In this document: one piece after another, positions 36,523 to 45,949 of the stretch | Layout: each line of letters begins with the position of its first letter | How positions within the stretch are numbered: position 1 is the first letter of the stretch | Origin: Escherichia coli | GTDB taxonomy: Bacteria > Pseudomonadota > Gammaproteobacteria > Enterobacterales > Enterobacteriaceae | Assembly: GCF_030384885.1 (NCBI RefSeq) | Contig: NZ_CP128613.1 | Direction: 5' to 3' (one strand) | DNA length: 64,000 bases | Translations under genes and position numbers: made by a program | Notes under the pieces: generated by a model | Database searches by the model: none | Seen by the model: the letters and a program-made list of their open reading frames with translations, nothing else | What the model was told of the DNA's origin: nothing

Positions 36523-38175
36523 ATGTTTTGTGTGCAATGTGAACAAACTATCCGTACTCCGGCAGGAAACGGCTGCTCATACGCGCAGGGGATGTGTGGT
36601 AAAACGGCGGAAACCTCTGACCTTCAGGATTTACTCATCGCGGCGCTGCAAGGGCTTTCGGCCTGGGCAGTAAAAGCGCGTGAATACGGCATCATCAACC
36701 ATGACGTTGACAGCTTCGCGCCGCGCGCATTTTTCTCAACCCTGACCAACGTTAATTTCGATTCTCCGCGTATTGTCGGCTACGCCCGTGAAGCAATTGC
36801 CCTGCGTGAGGCGCTGAAAGCACAGTGCCTGGCTGTAGATGCCAACGCCCGCGTCGATAACCCGATGGCTGACCTGCAACTGGTGAGTGACGATCTCGGC
36901 GAGCTGCAACGTCAGGCGGCGGAATTTACTCCCAATAAAGATAAAGCGGCGATTGGCGAAAACATTCTCGGCCTGCGTCTGCTCTGCCTGTATGGCCTGA
37001 AAGGTGCTGCCGCCTATATGGAACACGCGCACGTTCTCGGTCAATATGACAACGATATTTACGCCCAGTACCATAAAATCATGGCATGGCTGGGTACCTG
37101 GCCTGCCGATATGAACGCACTTCTCGAGTGCTCCATGGAAATCGGCCAGATGAACTTCAAAGTGATGAGCATTCTGGACGCAGGCGAAACCGGTAAATAC
37201 GGTCACCCGACGCCAACTCAGGTCAACGTCAAAGCGACGGCGGGTAAATGCATTCTGATTTCCGGTCACGATCTCAAAGATCTCTACAACTTGCTGGAAC
37301 AGACCGAAGGCACGGGCGTTAATGTCTACACTCACGGCGAAATGCTGCCTGCCCACGGCTACCCGGAGCTGCGTAAATTCAAGCATCTGGTCGGTAACTA
37401 CGGCAGCGGCTGGCAGAATCAGCAAGTAGAGTTCGCTCGCTTCCCTGGACCTATCGTGATGACCTCGAACTGCATCATCGACCCAACCGTAGGGGCTTAT
37501 GACGATCGTATCTGGACCCGCAGCATCGTTGGCTGGCCGGGTGTGCGTCATCTGGATGCTGATGATTTCTCAGCAGTTATTGCCCAGGCACAACAAATGG
37601 CGGGCTTCCCGTACAGCGAAATTCCGCACCTGATCACCGTGGGCTTTGGTCGTCAGACGCTGCTTGGCGCGGCGGATACGCTGATTGATCTGGTGAGCCG
37701 TGAAAAACTGCGTCATATCTTCCTGCTCGGTGGCTGTGACGGCGCACGCGGCGAGCGCCACTACTTCACCGATTTCGCCACCAGCGTGCCAGATGACTGC
37801 CTGATCCTGACTCTCGCCTGCGGTAAATATCGCTTTAACAAACTTGAGTTCGGCGATATCGAAGGTCTGCCGCGTCTGGTAGATGCTGGTCAATGTAACG
37901 ATGCTTACTCAGCGATTATTCTGGCTGTCACTTTGGCAGAAAAACTGGGCTGCGGTGTCAACGATCTGCCGTTGTCGCTGGTACTCTCCTGGTTCGAACA
38001 AAAAGCGATTGTTATTCTGCTGACGCTGCTTTCTTTGGGCGTGAAAAATATCGTTACCGGCCCGACTGCACCTGGCTTCCTGACGCCAGACCTGCTGGCG
38101 GTACTGAACGAGAAATTCGGCCTGCGTTCTATCACCACTGTTGAAGAAGACATGAAGCAACTGTTGAGCGCGTAA
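36523..38175 (+). CDS. hcp: Hybrid-cluster protein (hydroxylamine reductase / NO reductase)
   Basis: ORF track 36517..38175; start set to ATG 36523 (MFCVQCEQT...) with AAGGTG upstream; 550 aa. Confidence 0.95.
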   Translation: MFCVQCEQTIRTPAGNGCSYAQGMCGKTAETSDLQDLLIAALQGLSAWAVKAREYGIINHDVDSFAPRAFFSTLTNVNFDSPRIVGYAREAIALREALKAQCLAVDANARVDNPMADLQLVSDDLGELQRQAAEFTPNKDKAAIGENILGLRLLCLYGLKGAAAYMEHAHVLGQYDNDIYAQYHKIMAWLGTWPADMNALLECSMEIGQMNFKVMSILDAGETGKYGHPTPTQVNVKATAGKCILISGHDLKDLYNLLEQTEGTGVNVYTHGEMLPAHGYPELRKFKHLVGNYGSGWQNQQVEFARFPGPIVMTSNCIIDPTVGAYDDRIWTRSIVGWPGVRHLDADDFSAVIAQAQQMAGFPYSEIPHLITVGFGRQTLLGAADTLIDLVSREKLRHIFLLGGCDGARGERHYFTDFATSVPDDCLILTLACGKYRFNKLEFGDIEGLPRLVDAGQCNDAYSAIILAVTLAEKLGCGVNDLPLSLVLSWFEQKAIVILLTLLSLGVKNIVTGPTAPGFLTPDLLAVLNEKFGLRSITTVEEDMKQLLSA

Positions 38176-38186
38176 GGAGTTTGTCG

Positions 38187-39155
38187 ATGACGATGCCAAC
38201 CAATCAATGCCCGTGGCGGATGCAGGTTCATCACATTACGCAAGAAACGCCGGATGTGTGGACGATTTCCCTGATTTGCCACGATTACTACCCGTATCGC
38301 GCCGGGCAATATGCGCTGGTCAGCGTGCGTAACTCAGCGGAAACGCTGCGTGCTTACACCATTTCCTCCACGCCAGGCGTGAGTGAATACATCACTCTGA
38401 CCGTGCGGCGGATTGATGACGGTGTCGGTTCCCAGTGGCTGACCCGCGATGTAAAACGCGGTGACTACCTCTGGCTTTCGGACGCGATGGGGGAATTTAC
38501 CTGCGACGATAAAGCAGAAGATAAATTCCTGTTGCTGGCGGCCGGCTGCGGTGTCACACCGATTATGTCGATGCGTCGCTGGCTGGCGAAAAATCGCCCG
38601 CAGGCTGATGTGCAGGTGATCTACAACGTGCGTACGCCGCAGGATGTTATTTTCGCCGATGAATGGCGTGACTATCCGGTGACACTGGTGGCGGAAAATA
38701 ACGTTACCGAGGGTTTCGTTGCCGGACGTCTGACACGTGAACTGCTGACAAGCGTTCCTGATTTAGCCTCTCGTACTGTGATGACCTGTGGCCCGGCTCC
38801 GTATATGGATTGGGTAGAGCAGGAAGTGAAAGCGCTCGGCGTGACGCGTTTCTTTAAAGAGAAGTTCTTTACGCCAGTGGCGGAAGCAGCAACCAGCGGT
38901 CTGAAATTCACCAAACTGCAACCGGCGCAAGAATTTTACGCACCTGTTGGCACCACACTGCTGGAGGCTTTGGAAAGCAACAAAGTTCCGGTTGTCGCCG
39001 CCTGCCGTGCAGGTGTTTGCGGCTGCTGTAAGACGAAAGTAGTTTCCGGTGAATATACGGTGAGCAGCACGATGACGCTGACCGACGCCGAAATCGCAGA
39101 AGGTTATGTACTGGCCTGCTCCTGCCATCCGCAGGGGGATTTGGTTCTCGCATAA
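38187..39155 (+). CDS. hcr: NADH oxidoreductase for Hcp (FAD/NAD and 2Fe-2S domains)
   Basis: ORF track 38181..39155 (TTG); start set to ATG 38187 with AAGGAG 7 nt upstream; 322 aa; C-terminal CxxxxCxxC ferredoxin motif. Confidence 0.93.
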   Translation: MTMPTNQCPWRMQVHHITQETPDVWTISLICHDYYPYRAGQYALVSVRNSAETLRAYTISSTPGVSEYITLTVRRIDDGVGSQWLTRDVKRGDYLWLSDAMGEFTCDDKAEDKFLLLAAGCGVTPIMSMRRWLAKNRPQADVQVIYNVRTPQDVIFADEWRDYPVTLVAENNVTEGFVAGRLTRELLTSVPDLASRTVMTCGPAPYMDWVEQEVKALGVTRFFKEKFFTPVAEAATSGLKFTKLQPAQEFYAPVGTTLLEALESNKVPVVAACRAGVCGCCKTKVVSGEYTVSSTMTLTDAEIAEGYVLACSCHPQGDLVLA

Positions 39156-39287
39156 TCGTATTATGCCCGATGATATACCTGTCATCGGGCAGTTTAACCG
39201 TTAGTGCCTCATTTTTCTCCCATCTCTTCCCCCTCCGTCAGATGAACTAAACTTGTTACCGTTATCACATTCAGGAGATGGAGAACC

Positions 39288-41006
39288 ATGAAACAAACGG
39301 TTGCAGCTTATATCGCCAAAACACTCGAATCAGCAGGGGTAAAACGCATTTGGGGAGTCACGGGCGACTCTCTGAACGGTCTTAGCGACAGTCTTAATCG
39401 CATGGGCACCATAGAGTGGATGTCCACCCGTCATGAAGAAGTGGCGGCCTTTGCCGCTGGCGCTGAAGCCCAACTTAGCGGGGAACTGGCGGTCTGCGCC
39501 GGATCATGCGGACCTGGCAACCTGCACTTAATCAACGGTTTGTTCGATTGTCACCGTAATCACGTTCCGGTACTGGCAATTGCCGCTCATATCCCTTCCA
39601 GCGAAATTGGCAGCGGCTATTTCCAGGAAACCCACCCGCAAGAGTTATTCCGTGAATGTAGCCATTATTGCGAGCTGGTTTCCAGCCCGGAGCAGATCCC
39701 ACAAGTGCTGGCGATTGCTATGCGTAAAGCGGTGCTAAACCGTGGCGTTTCGGTTGTCGTTTTACCGGGCGACGTGGCGCTAAAACCTGCACCGGAAGGG
39801 GCAACTACCCACTGGTATCACGCCCCCTTACCCGTTGTCACACCTGAAGAAGAAGAGTTACGCAAACTGGCGCAACTGCTGCGTTACTCAAGCAATATCG
39901 CCCTGATGTGCGGTAGCGGCTGCGCGGGGGCGCATAAAGAGCTCGTCGAGTTTGCCGGAAAAATTAAAGCGCCAATTGTTCATGCCCTGCGCGGTAAAGA
40001 ACATGTCGAATACGATAATCCGTATGATGTCGGAATGACGGGATTAATCGGCTTCTCGTCAGGTTTTCATACCATGATGAACGCCGACACGTTAGTGCTG
40101 CTCGGCACCCAATTCCCCTACCGTGCGTTCTACCCGACCGATGTCAAAATTATTCAGATTGATATCAACCCGGCCAGCATCGGCGCGCACAGTAAGGTGG
40201 ATATGGCACTGGTCGGTGATATCAAATCGACTCTGCGTGCATTGCTGCCTTTAGTGGAAGAAAAAACCGATCGAAAATTTCTGGATAAAGCGCTGGAAGA
40301 TTACCGCGATGCCCGCAAAGGGCTGGACGATTTAGCTAAACCGAGTGAGAAAGCCATTCACCCGCAATATCTGGCGCAGCAAATTAGCCATTTTGCTGCC
40401 GATGACGCCATTTTCACCTGTGATGTCGGCACACCAACGGTATGGGCGGCGCGTTATCTGAAAATGAACGGCAAGCGCCGCCTGTTAGGTTCGTTTAACC
40501 ACGGTTCAATGGCCAACGCCATGCCGCAGGCGCTGGGTGCTCAGGCGACAGAGCCAGAACGTCAGGTGGTCGCCATGTGCGGTGATGGTGGTTTCAGTAT
40601 GTTGATGGGCGATTTTCTCTCAGTGGTACAAATGAAGCTGCCAGTGAAAATTATCGTCTTTAACAACAGCGTGCTGGGCTTTGTAGCGATGGAGATGAAA
40701 GCCGGAGGCTACCTGACAGACGGCACCGAACTGCACGACACCAACTTTGCCCGTATCGCTGAAGCGTGCGGTATTACGGGCATCCGCGTAGAAAAAGCCG
40801 CTGAAGTCGATGAAGCCTTGCAACGCGCCTTTTCCATCGACGGCCCGGTGCTGGTGGATGTGGTAGTCGCGAAAGAAGAGTTAGCCATTCCGCCGCAGAT
40901 CAAACTCGAACAGGCCAAAGGATTTAGCCTGTATATGTTGCGCGCAATCATCAGCGGACGCGGTGACGAAGTGATCGAACTGGCGAAAACGAACTGGCTA
41001 AGGTAA
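39288..41006 (+). CDS. poxB: Pyruvate oxidase (ubiquinone-dependent, ThDP/FAD)
   Basis: ORF track 572 aa; ThDP motif GDGGF. Confidence 0.95.
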   Translation: MKQTVAAYIAKTLESAGVKRIWGVTGDSLNGLSDSLNRMGTIEWMSTRHEEVAAFAAGAEAQLSGELAVCAGSCGPGNLHLINGLFDCHRNHVPVLAIAAHIPSSEIGSGYFQETHPQELFRECSHYCELVSSPEQIPQVLAIAMRKAVLNRGVSVVVLPGDVALKPAPEGATTHWYHAPLPVVTPEEEELRKLAQLLRYSSNIALMCGSGCAGAHKELVEFAGKIKAPIVHALRGKEHVEYDNPYDVGMTGLIGFSSGFHTMMNADTLVLLGTQFPYRAFYPTDVKIIQIDINPASIGAHSKVDMALVGDIKSTLRALLPLVEEKTDRKFLDKALEDYRDARKGLDDLAKPSEKAIHPQYLAQQISHFAADDAIFTCDVGTPTVWAARYLKMNGKRRLLGSFNHGSMANAMPQALGAQATEPERQVVAMCGDGGFSMLMGDFLSVVQMKLPVKIIVFNNSVLGFVAMEMKAGGYLTDGTELHDTNFARIAEACGITGIRVEKAAEVDEALQRAFSIDGPVLVDVVVAKEELAIPPQIKLEQAKGFSLYMLRAIISGRGDEVIELAKTNWLR

Positions 41007-41042
41007 AAAGGGTGGCATTTCCCGTCATAATAAGGACATGCC

Positions 41043-42044
41043 ATGATTGATTTACGCAGTGATACCGTTACCCGACCGAGCCGCGCCATGCTCGAAGCAA
41101 TGATGGCCGCCCCGGTTGGGGACGACGTTTACGGAGACGACCCTACCGTTAATGCTCTGCAGGACTATGCGGCTGAGCTTTCCGGTAAAGAAGCCGCCAT
41201 TTTTCTGCCTACCGGCACCCAGGCTAACCTGGTCGCGCTGCTCAGTCACTGCGAACGCGGCGAAGAGTATATTGTCGGTCAGGCCGCGCATAACTATCTG
41301 TTTGAAGCCGGTGGCGCAGCGGTGCTGGGCAGTATTCAGCCGCAACCCATCGATGCTGACGCCGACGGTACGCTACCGCTGGATAAAGTGGCGATGAAAA
41401 TCAAACCCGACGATATCCATTTCGCCCGCACCAAATTACTCAGTCTGGAAAACACCCACAATGGAAAAGTGCTGCCGCGGGAATACCTGAAAGAAGCATG
41501 GGAATTTACTCGCGAGCGCAATCTGGCACTGCATGTTGACGGTGCGCGTATCTTTAATGCCGTGGTGGCTTACGGCTGCGAACTGAAAGAGATCACGCAA
41601 TATTGTGATTCGTTCACCATTTGTCTGTCGAAAGGTCTTGGTACGCCAGTCGGTTCATTACTGGTCGGCAATCGTGATTACATTAAACGCGCCATCCGCT
41701 GGCGGAAAATGACTGGCGGCGGGATGCGTCAATCCGGCATTCTGGCTGCCGCAGGGATGTATGCGCTGAAAAATAACGTCGCACGCTTGCAGGAAGACCA
41801 CGACAACGCAGCCTGGATGGCGGAGCAGTTGCGTGAAGCAGGCGCGGATGTGATGCGTCAGGACACCAATATGCTGTTTGTTCGCGTCGGACAAGAAAAT
41901 GCTGCCGCGTTAGGCGAATACATGAAAGCGAGAAACGTACTGATTAACGCCTCGCCGATTGTCCGCCTGGTAACCCATCTTGATGTCTCGCGTGAACAAC
42001 TGGCAGAAGTCGCAGCCCACTGGCGCGCTTTCCTGGCGCGTTAA
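41043..42044 (+). CDS. ltaE: Low-specificity L-threonine aldolase
   Basis: ORF track 333 aa. Confidence 0.93.
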   Translation: MIDLRSDTVTRPSRAMLEAMMAAPVGDDVYGDDPTVNALQDYAAELSGKEAAIFLPTGTQANLVALLSHCERGEEYIVGQAAHNYLFEAGGAAVLGSIQPQPIDADADGTLPLDKVAMKIKPDDIHFARTKLLSLENTHNGKVLPREYLKEAWEFTRERNLALHVDGARIFNAVVAYGCELKEITQYCDSFTICLSKGLGTPVGSLLVGNRDYIKRAIRWRKMTGGGMRQSGILAAAGMYALKNNVARLQEDHDNAAWMAEQLREAGADVMRQDTNMLFVRVGQENAAALGEYMKARNVLINASPIVRLVTHLDVSREQLAEVAAHWRAFLAR

Positions 42045-42054
42045 GGAGCGAAAC

Positions 42055-43485
42055 GTGCCGCAACGCATTTTAGTTCTCGGTGCCAGTGGCTACATTGGTC
42101 AGCATCTGGTGCACGCGCTTAGCCAACAAGGGCATCAGACCCTGGCGGCGGCACGTCACGTCGACAGGCTTGAAAAGCTGCAACTGGCAAACGTCAGTTG
42201 TCATAAAGTCGATCTCAGCTGGCCGGATAACCTTCCGGCCCTGTTGCAGAATATCGATACCGTCTATTTTCTGGTGCACAGCATGGGCGAAGGCGGTGAT
42301 TTTATCGCTCAGGAACGCCAGGTAGCTCTTAACGTCCGCGATGCGCTGCGCGAAGCACCGGTTAAACAATTAATCTTTCTCAGTTCATTGCAGGCCCCGC
42401 CTCACGAGCAGTCGGACCATCTGCGCGCCCGTCAGGCTACGGCGGATATTCTTCGTGAAGCGGGTGTCCCGGTGACCGAATTGCGCGCCGGAATTATCGT
42501 TGGTGCAGGTTCAGCAGCGTTCGAAGTCATGCGCGATATGGTCTACAACCTGCCAGTGTTAACACCGCCACGCTGGGTTCGTTCACGCACCACGCCCATC
42601 GCGCTGGAAAACTTGCTGCACTATCTGGTGGCGCTGTTAGATCATCCGGCCAGCAAACACCGCATCTTCGAAGCCGCCGGACCAGAGGTGCTCAGTTATC
42701 AGCAACAGTTTGAACATTTTATGGCGGTGAGCGGTAAGCGCCGCTGGTTAATCCCCATCCCCTTTCCCACCCGCTGGATTTCGGTGTGGTTTCTTAATGT
42801 GATTACCTCCGTACCGCCCACCACCGCCAAAGCGTTGATTCAGGGGCTGAAACATGATCTGCTGGCGGATGACACCGCGCTACGTGCACTCATCCCACAA
42901 CGGCTGATCGCTTTCGATGACGCGGTACGTCGCACGTTGAAAGAAGAAGAAAAGCTGGTCAACTCCAGCGACTGGGGATACGACGCTCAGGCCTTTGCCC
43001 GCTGGCGACCGGAGTACGGTTATTTCGCCAAACAGGCGGGGTTTACCGTTAAAACGTCCGCCAGCCTTGCGGCTTTATGGCAGGTGGTGAATCAAATCGG
43101 CGGTAAAGAGCGTTATTTCTTTGGCAATATTTTGTGGCAAACCCGGGCGTTGATGGACCGCGCGATCGGTCATAAGCTGGCGAAAGGCCGCCCGGAGCGT
43201 GAATATTTGCAGACCGGAGATGCGGTGGATAGCTGGAAAGTGATTGTCGTTGAACCGGAAAAACAACTTACGCTGTTATTTGGCATGAAAGCGCCGGGGC
43301 TGGGACGACTGTGTTTTACCCTGGAAGATAAAGGTGACTATCGTACTATCGATGTTCGCGCATTCTGGCATCCGCACGGTATGCCGGGGCTGTTTTACTG
43401 GTTACTGATGATCCCCGCGCATCTGTTTATTTTTCGCGGAATGGCAAAACGAATCGCCAGACTGGCAGAACAAAGCACAGATTAA
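42055..43485 (+). CDS. ybjT: NAD(P)-binding Rossmann-fold protein with DUF2867
   Basis: ORF track 41980..43485; start set to GTG 42055 with AAGGAG upstream ([16 protein letters not shown]), 476 aa. Confidence 0.88.
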   Translation: MPQRILVLGASGYIGQHLVHALSQQGHQTLAAARHVDRLEKLQLANVSCHKVDLSWPDNLPALLQNIDTVYFLVHSMGEGGDFIAQERQVALNVRDALREAPVKQLIFLSSLQAPPHEQSDHLRARQATADILREAGVPVTELRAGIIVGAGSAAFEVMRDMVYNLPVLTPPRWVRSRTTPIALENLLHYLVALLDHPASKHRIFEAAGPEVLSYQQQFEHFMAVSGKRRWLIPIPFPTRWISVWFLNVITSVPPTTAKALIQGLKHDLLADDTALRALIPQRLIAFDDAVRRTLKEEEKLVNSSDWGYDAQAFARWRPEYGYFAKQAGFTVKTSASLAALWQVVNQIGGKERYFFGNILWQTRALMDRAIGHKLAKGRPEREYLQTGDAVDSWKVIVVEPEKQLTLLFGMKAPGLGRLCFTLEDKGDYRTIDVRAFWHPHGMPGLFYWLLMIPAHLFIFRGMAKRIARLAEQSTD

Positions 43486-43583
43486 TCGACAAAACCTGCG
43501 TTATTCTTTCATGTTTCCCATTGCATCAAGGGGGAAATCACGGAAGAATGCGCACGTCATTTTCTCAACAACAGTGGATTGAT

Positions 43584-44597
43584 ATGAAGGTACTGGTTAC
43601 CGGCGCCACCAGCGGCTTAGGTCGAAACGCGGTAGAGTTTTTATGCCAGAAAGGCATCAGCGTGCGTGCGACCGGTCGCAACGAGGCAATGGGTAAATTG
43701 CTGGAAAAAATGGGCGCAGAGTTTGTTCCAGCGGATCTGACCGAGCTGGTCTCATCACAAGCTAAAGTGATGCTCGCAGGCATTGATACGTTGTGGCACT
43801 GCTCCAGCTTTACCTCTCCGTGGGGGACACAACAGGCTTTCGATCTGGCTAACGTTCGCGCCACTCGCCGTCTGGGTGAATGGGCTGTCGCCTGGGGAGT
43901 ACGTAACTTTATTCATATCTCTTCCCCCTCCCTGTACTTCGATTATCACCACCATCACGATATTAAAGAAGATTTTCGCCCTCACCGCTTCGCTAACGAG
44001 TTTGCCCGCAGCAAGGCGGCCAGCGAAGAAGTGATCAATATGCTTTCGCAGGCGAATCCACAAACACGCTTTACTATTTTACGCCCACAAAGTCTGTTCG
44101 GGCCGCACGATAAAGTCTTTATTCCCCGTCTGGCGCATATGATGCACCACTACGGCAGCATTCTGTTACCACACGGCGGCAGTGCGCTGGTCGATATGAC
44201 CTACTATGAAAATGCCGTGCACGCCATGTGGCTGGCAAGCCAGGAAGCCTGCGATAAGCTGCCTTCCGGGCGAGCATATAACATTACCAACGGCGAGCAT
44301 CGCACACTGCGCAGCATCGTGCAGAAGCTGATCGACGAGTTGAATATTGACTGTCGTATTCGTTCCGTCCCCTACCCGATGCTGGATATGATCGCCCGCA
44401 GCATGGAGCGTTTAGGCCGCAAGTCAGCAAAAGAGCCGCCGCTGACCCACTACGGCGTCTCCAAGTTGAATTTTGACTTTACGCTGGATATTACGCGTGC
44501 GCAGGAAGAGTTAGGTTATCAACCAGTCCTCACCCTGGATGAAGGTATCGAGAAAACTGCTGCCTGGCTGCGCGATCACGGGAAACTGCCCCGCTAA
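43584..44597 (+). CDS. ybjS: NAD-dependent epimerase/dehydratase-family protein
   Basis: ORF track 43521..44597; start set to ATG 43584 ([14 protein letters not shown]), 337 aa. Confidence 0.88.
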   Translation: MKVLVTGATSGLGRNAVEFLCQKGISVRATGRNEAMGKLLEKMGAEFVPADLTELVSSQAKVMLAGIDTLWHCSSFTSPWGTQQAFDLANVRATRRLGEWAVAWGVRNFIHISSPSLYFDYHHHHDIKEDFRPHRFANEFARSKAASEEVINMLSQANPQTRFTILRPQSLFGPHDKVFIPRLAHMMHHYGSILLPHGGSALVDMTYYENAVHAMWLASQEACDKLPSGRAYNITNGEHRTLRSIVQKLIDELNIDCRIRSVPYPMLDMIARSMERLGRKSAKEPPLTHYGVSKLNFDFTLDITRAQEELGYQPVLTLDEGIEKTAAWLRDHGKLPR

Positions 44598-45424
44598 TCC
44601 TGAACGTATTTCTCCAGCAACGCTTCGGCAATCGCCTGAGTTTCTGCATCCGCTTCGCCGTTGTATAACGTCGGGCGGAAATGCATCTGGAACGCCATAA
44701 TCACGCGCCGCTGCTCGCGCGGTGTCATATCAGGTTTAACGTCATAACCGTAGCGCGCCAAAAGCTCCAGCAATGATGCGGTATCTACCGGTGTGTGCGG
44801 CGCGCGCCCGGCAAGGTAAAAGTTCACCCGTTGCGCATCCGGCCAGGCACCAATCCCCTGCTGCGCCAGTTGTTGCCAGGGGAATAACGGCCCCGGATCG
44901 TCTTTGCGCTGCGGCGCAATATCCGCATGCGCCACTACGTTTTCCGGCTTGATGTGATAACGGGCAATAATATCTTTCGCCAGCGGAATAAGCGCCTGAA
45001 TCTGTGCCTGTTCAAACGGGGCAAAATATTTCACTCCGGATGATTTTTGCCAGCCTCGGTTTTCCAGCTCAATGCCAATAGAGGTGTCGTTAAGGCGTGT
45101 TGCCCCGCGCCAGGCGCTAATCCCCGCATGCCAGGCCAGTTCCTGTTCCGGCACCAGTTGCCAGATGCGCGGTTTACCGTTGTATCGTGGTGGCACAGCA
45201 GGGACCAGATAATGCGAGCTGACCTGTTTATCGGTCAGTGTCGCCAGCGAGCTATCAAAATCATCTGCGGTGTAGTGGATCACCAGCACTTTAATGCGCG
45301 GATACGCCGCCTGCGCCTGGCGTCGGGTATCAAGCTGATATCCCTCTTTCTCAACAATGCCTTTTTCGCCTGCACACCCTGCCAGTAACAGAGCGGCGGC
45401 GACCAGCCAGAAGACTCTTCTCAT
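44594..45424 (-). CDS. amiD: N-acetylmuramoyl-L-alanine amidase lipoprotein
   Basis: ORF track 276 aa; lipobox LLAGCAG. Confidence 0.93.
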   Translation of the reverse strand: MRRVFWLVAAALLLAGCAGEKGIVEKEGYQLDTRRQAQAAYPRIKVLVIHYTADDFDSSLATLTDKQVSSHYLVPAVPPRYNGKPRIWQLVPEQELAWHAGISAWRGATRLNDTSIGIELENRGWQKSSGVKYFAPFEQAQIQALIPLAKDIIARYHIKPENVVAHADIAPQRKDDPGPLFPWQQLAQQGIGAWPDAQRVNFYLAGRAPHTPVDTASLLELLARYGYDVKPDMTPREQRRVIMAFQMHFRPTLYNGEADAETQAIAEALLEKYVQD

Positions 45425-45744
45425 CGACGTGTTTTCACCGCCGTTCCGCTGACGCTAACCATCAGCATACTGCCGTTTTGCCCGACCGTTTCGTAGTCGA
45501 TATCAATACCGACTACGGCATCGGCCCCCAACGCCCGCGCCTGCTCACCAAGTTCCTCAAAGGCTATTTCCCGCGCTTTACGCAACTCTTTTTCGTAGGC
45601 ACCAGAACGTCCACCAACGATATCGCGGATACCGGCAAAGAAATCACGGAAAATATTGGCACCTAAAATCGCTTCGCCTGTCACCACACCGCAATATTCA
45701 ACGATGGTCTGGCCTTCCAGAGTTGGGGTTGTAGAAAATTGCAT
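45421..45744 (-). CDS. ybjQ: UPF0145-family protein
   Basis: ORF track 107 aa; 4-bp overlap with amiD. Confidence 0.9.
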   Translation of the reverse strand: MQFSTTPTLEGQTIVEYCGVVTGEAILGANIFRDFFAGIRDIVGGRSGAYEKELRKAREIAFEELGEQARALGADAVVGIDIDYETVGQNGSMLMVSVSGTAVKTRR

Positions 45745-45949
45745 GATCGATCTCCTTGTTTGCTAATCCTTCGATCTCAAAGCATTATCGGGCTGATATG
45801 CCATGTTGGGAAGAAGGTTTTGATCAGTTTAGGAAATCATCTCATTGTGTCAAAAACAAGCGCATATGCCTTTACGATTACCCGTCTCCTAACCCGATAT
45901 TGGTTTCATTATGGGATAGCGCTGACCTGCTGTATTATGTTGTACCTGC

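Noticed and set aside
36736-37551. 271-aa ORF antisense to hcp
   Set aside because: Fully embedded in the well-supported hcp coding region; typical antisense open frame; no ribosome-binding site.
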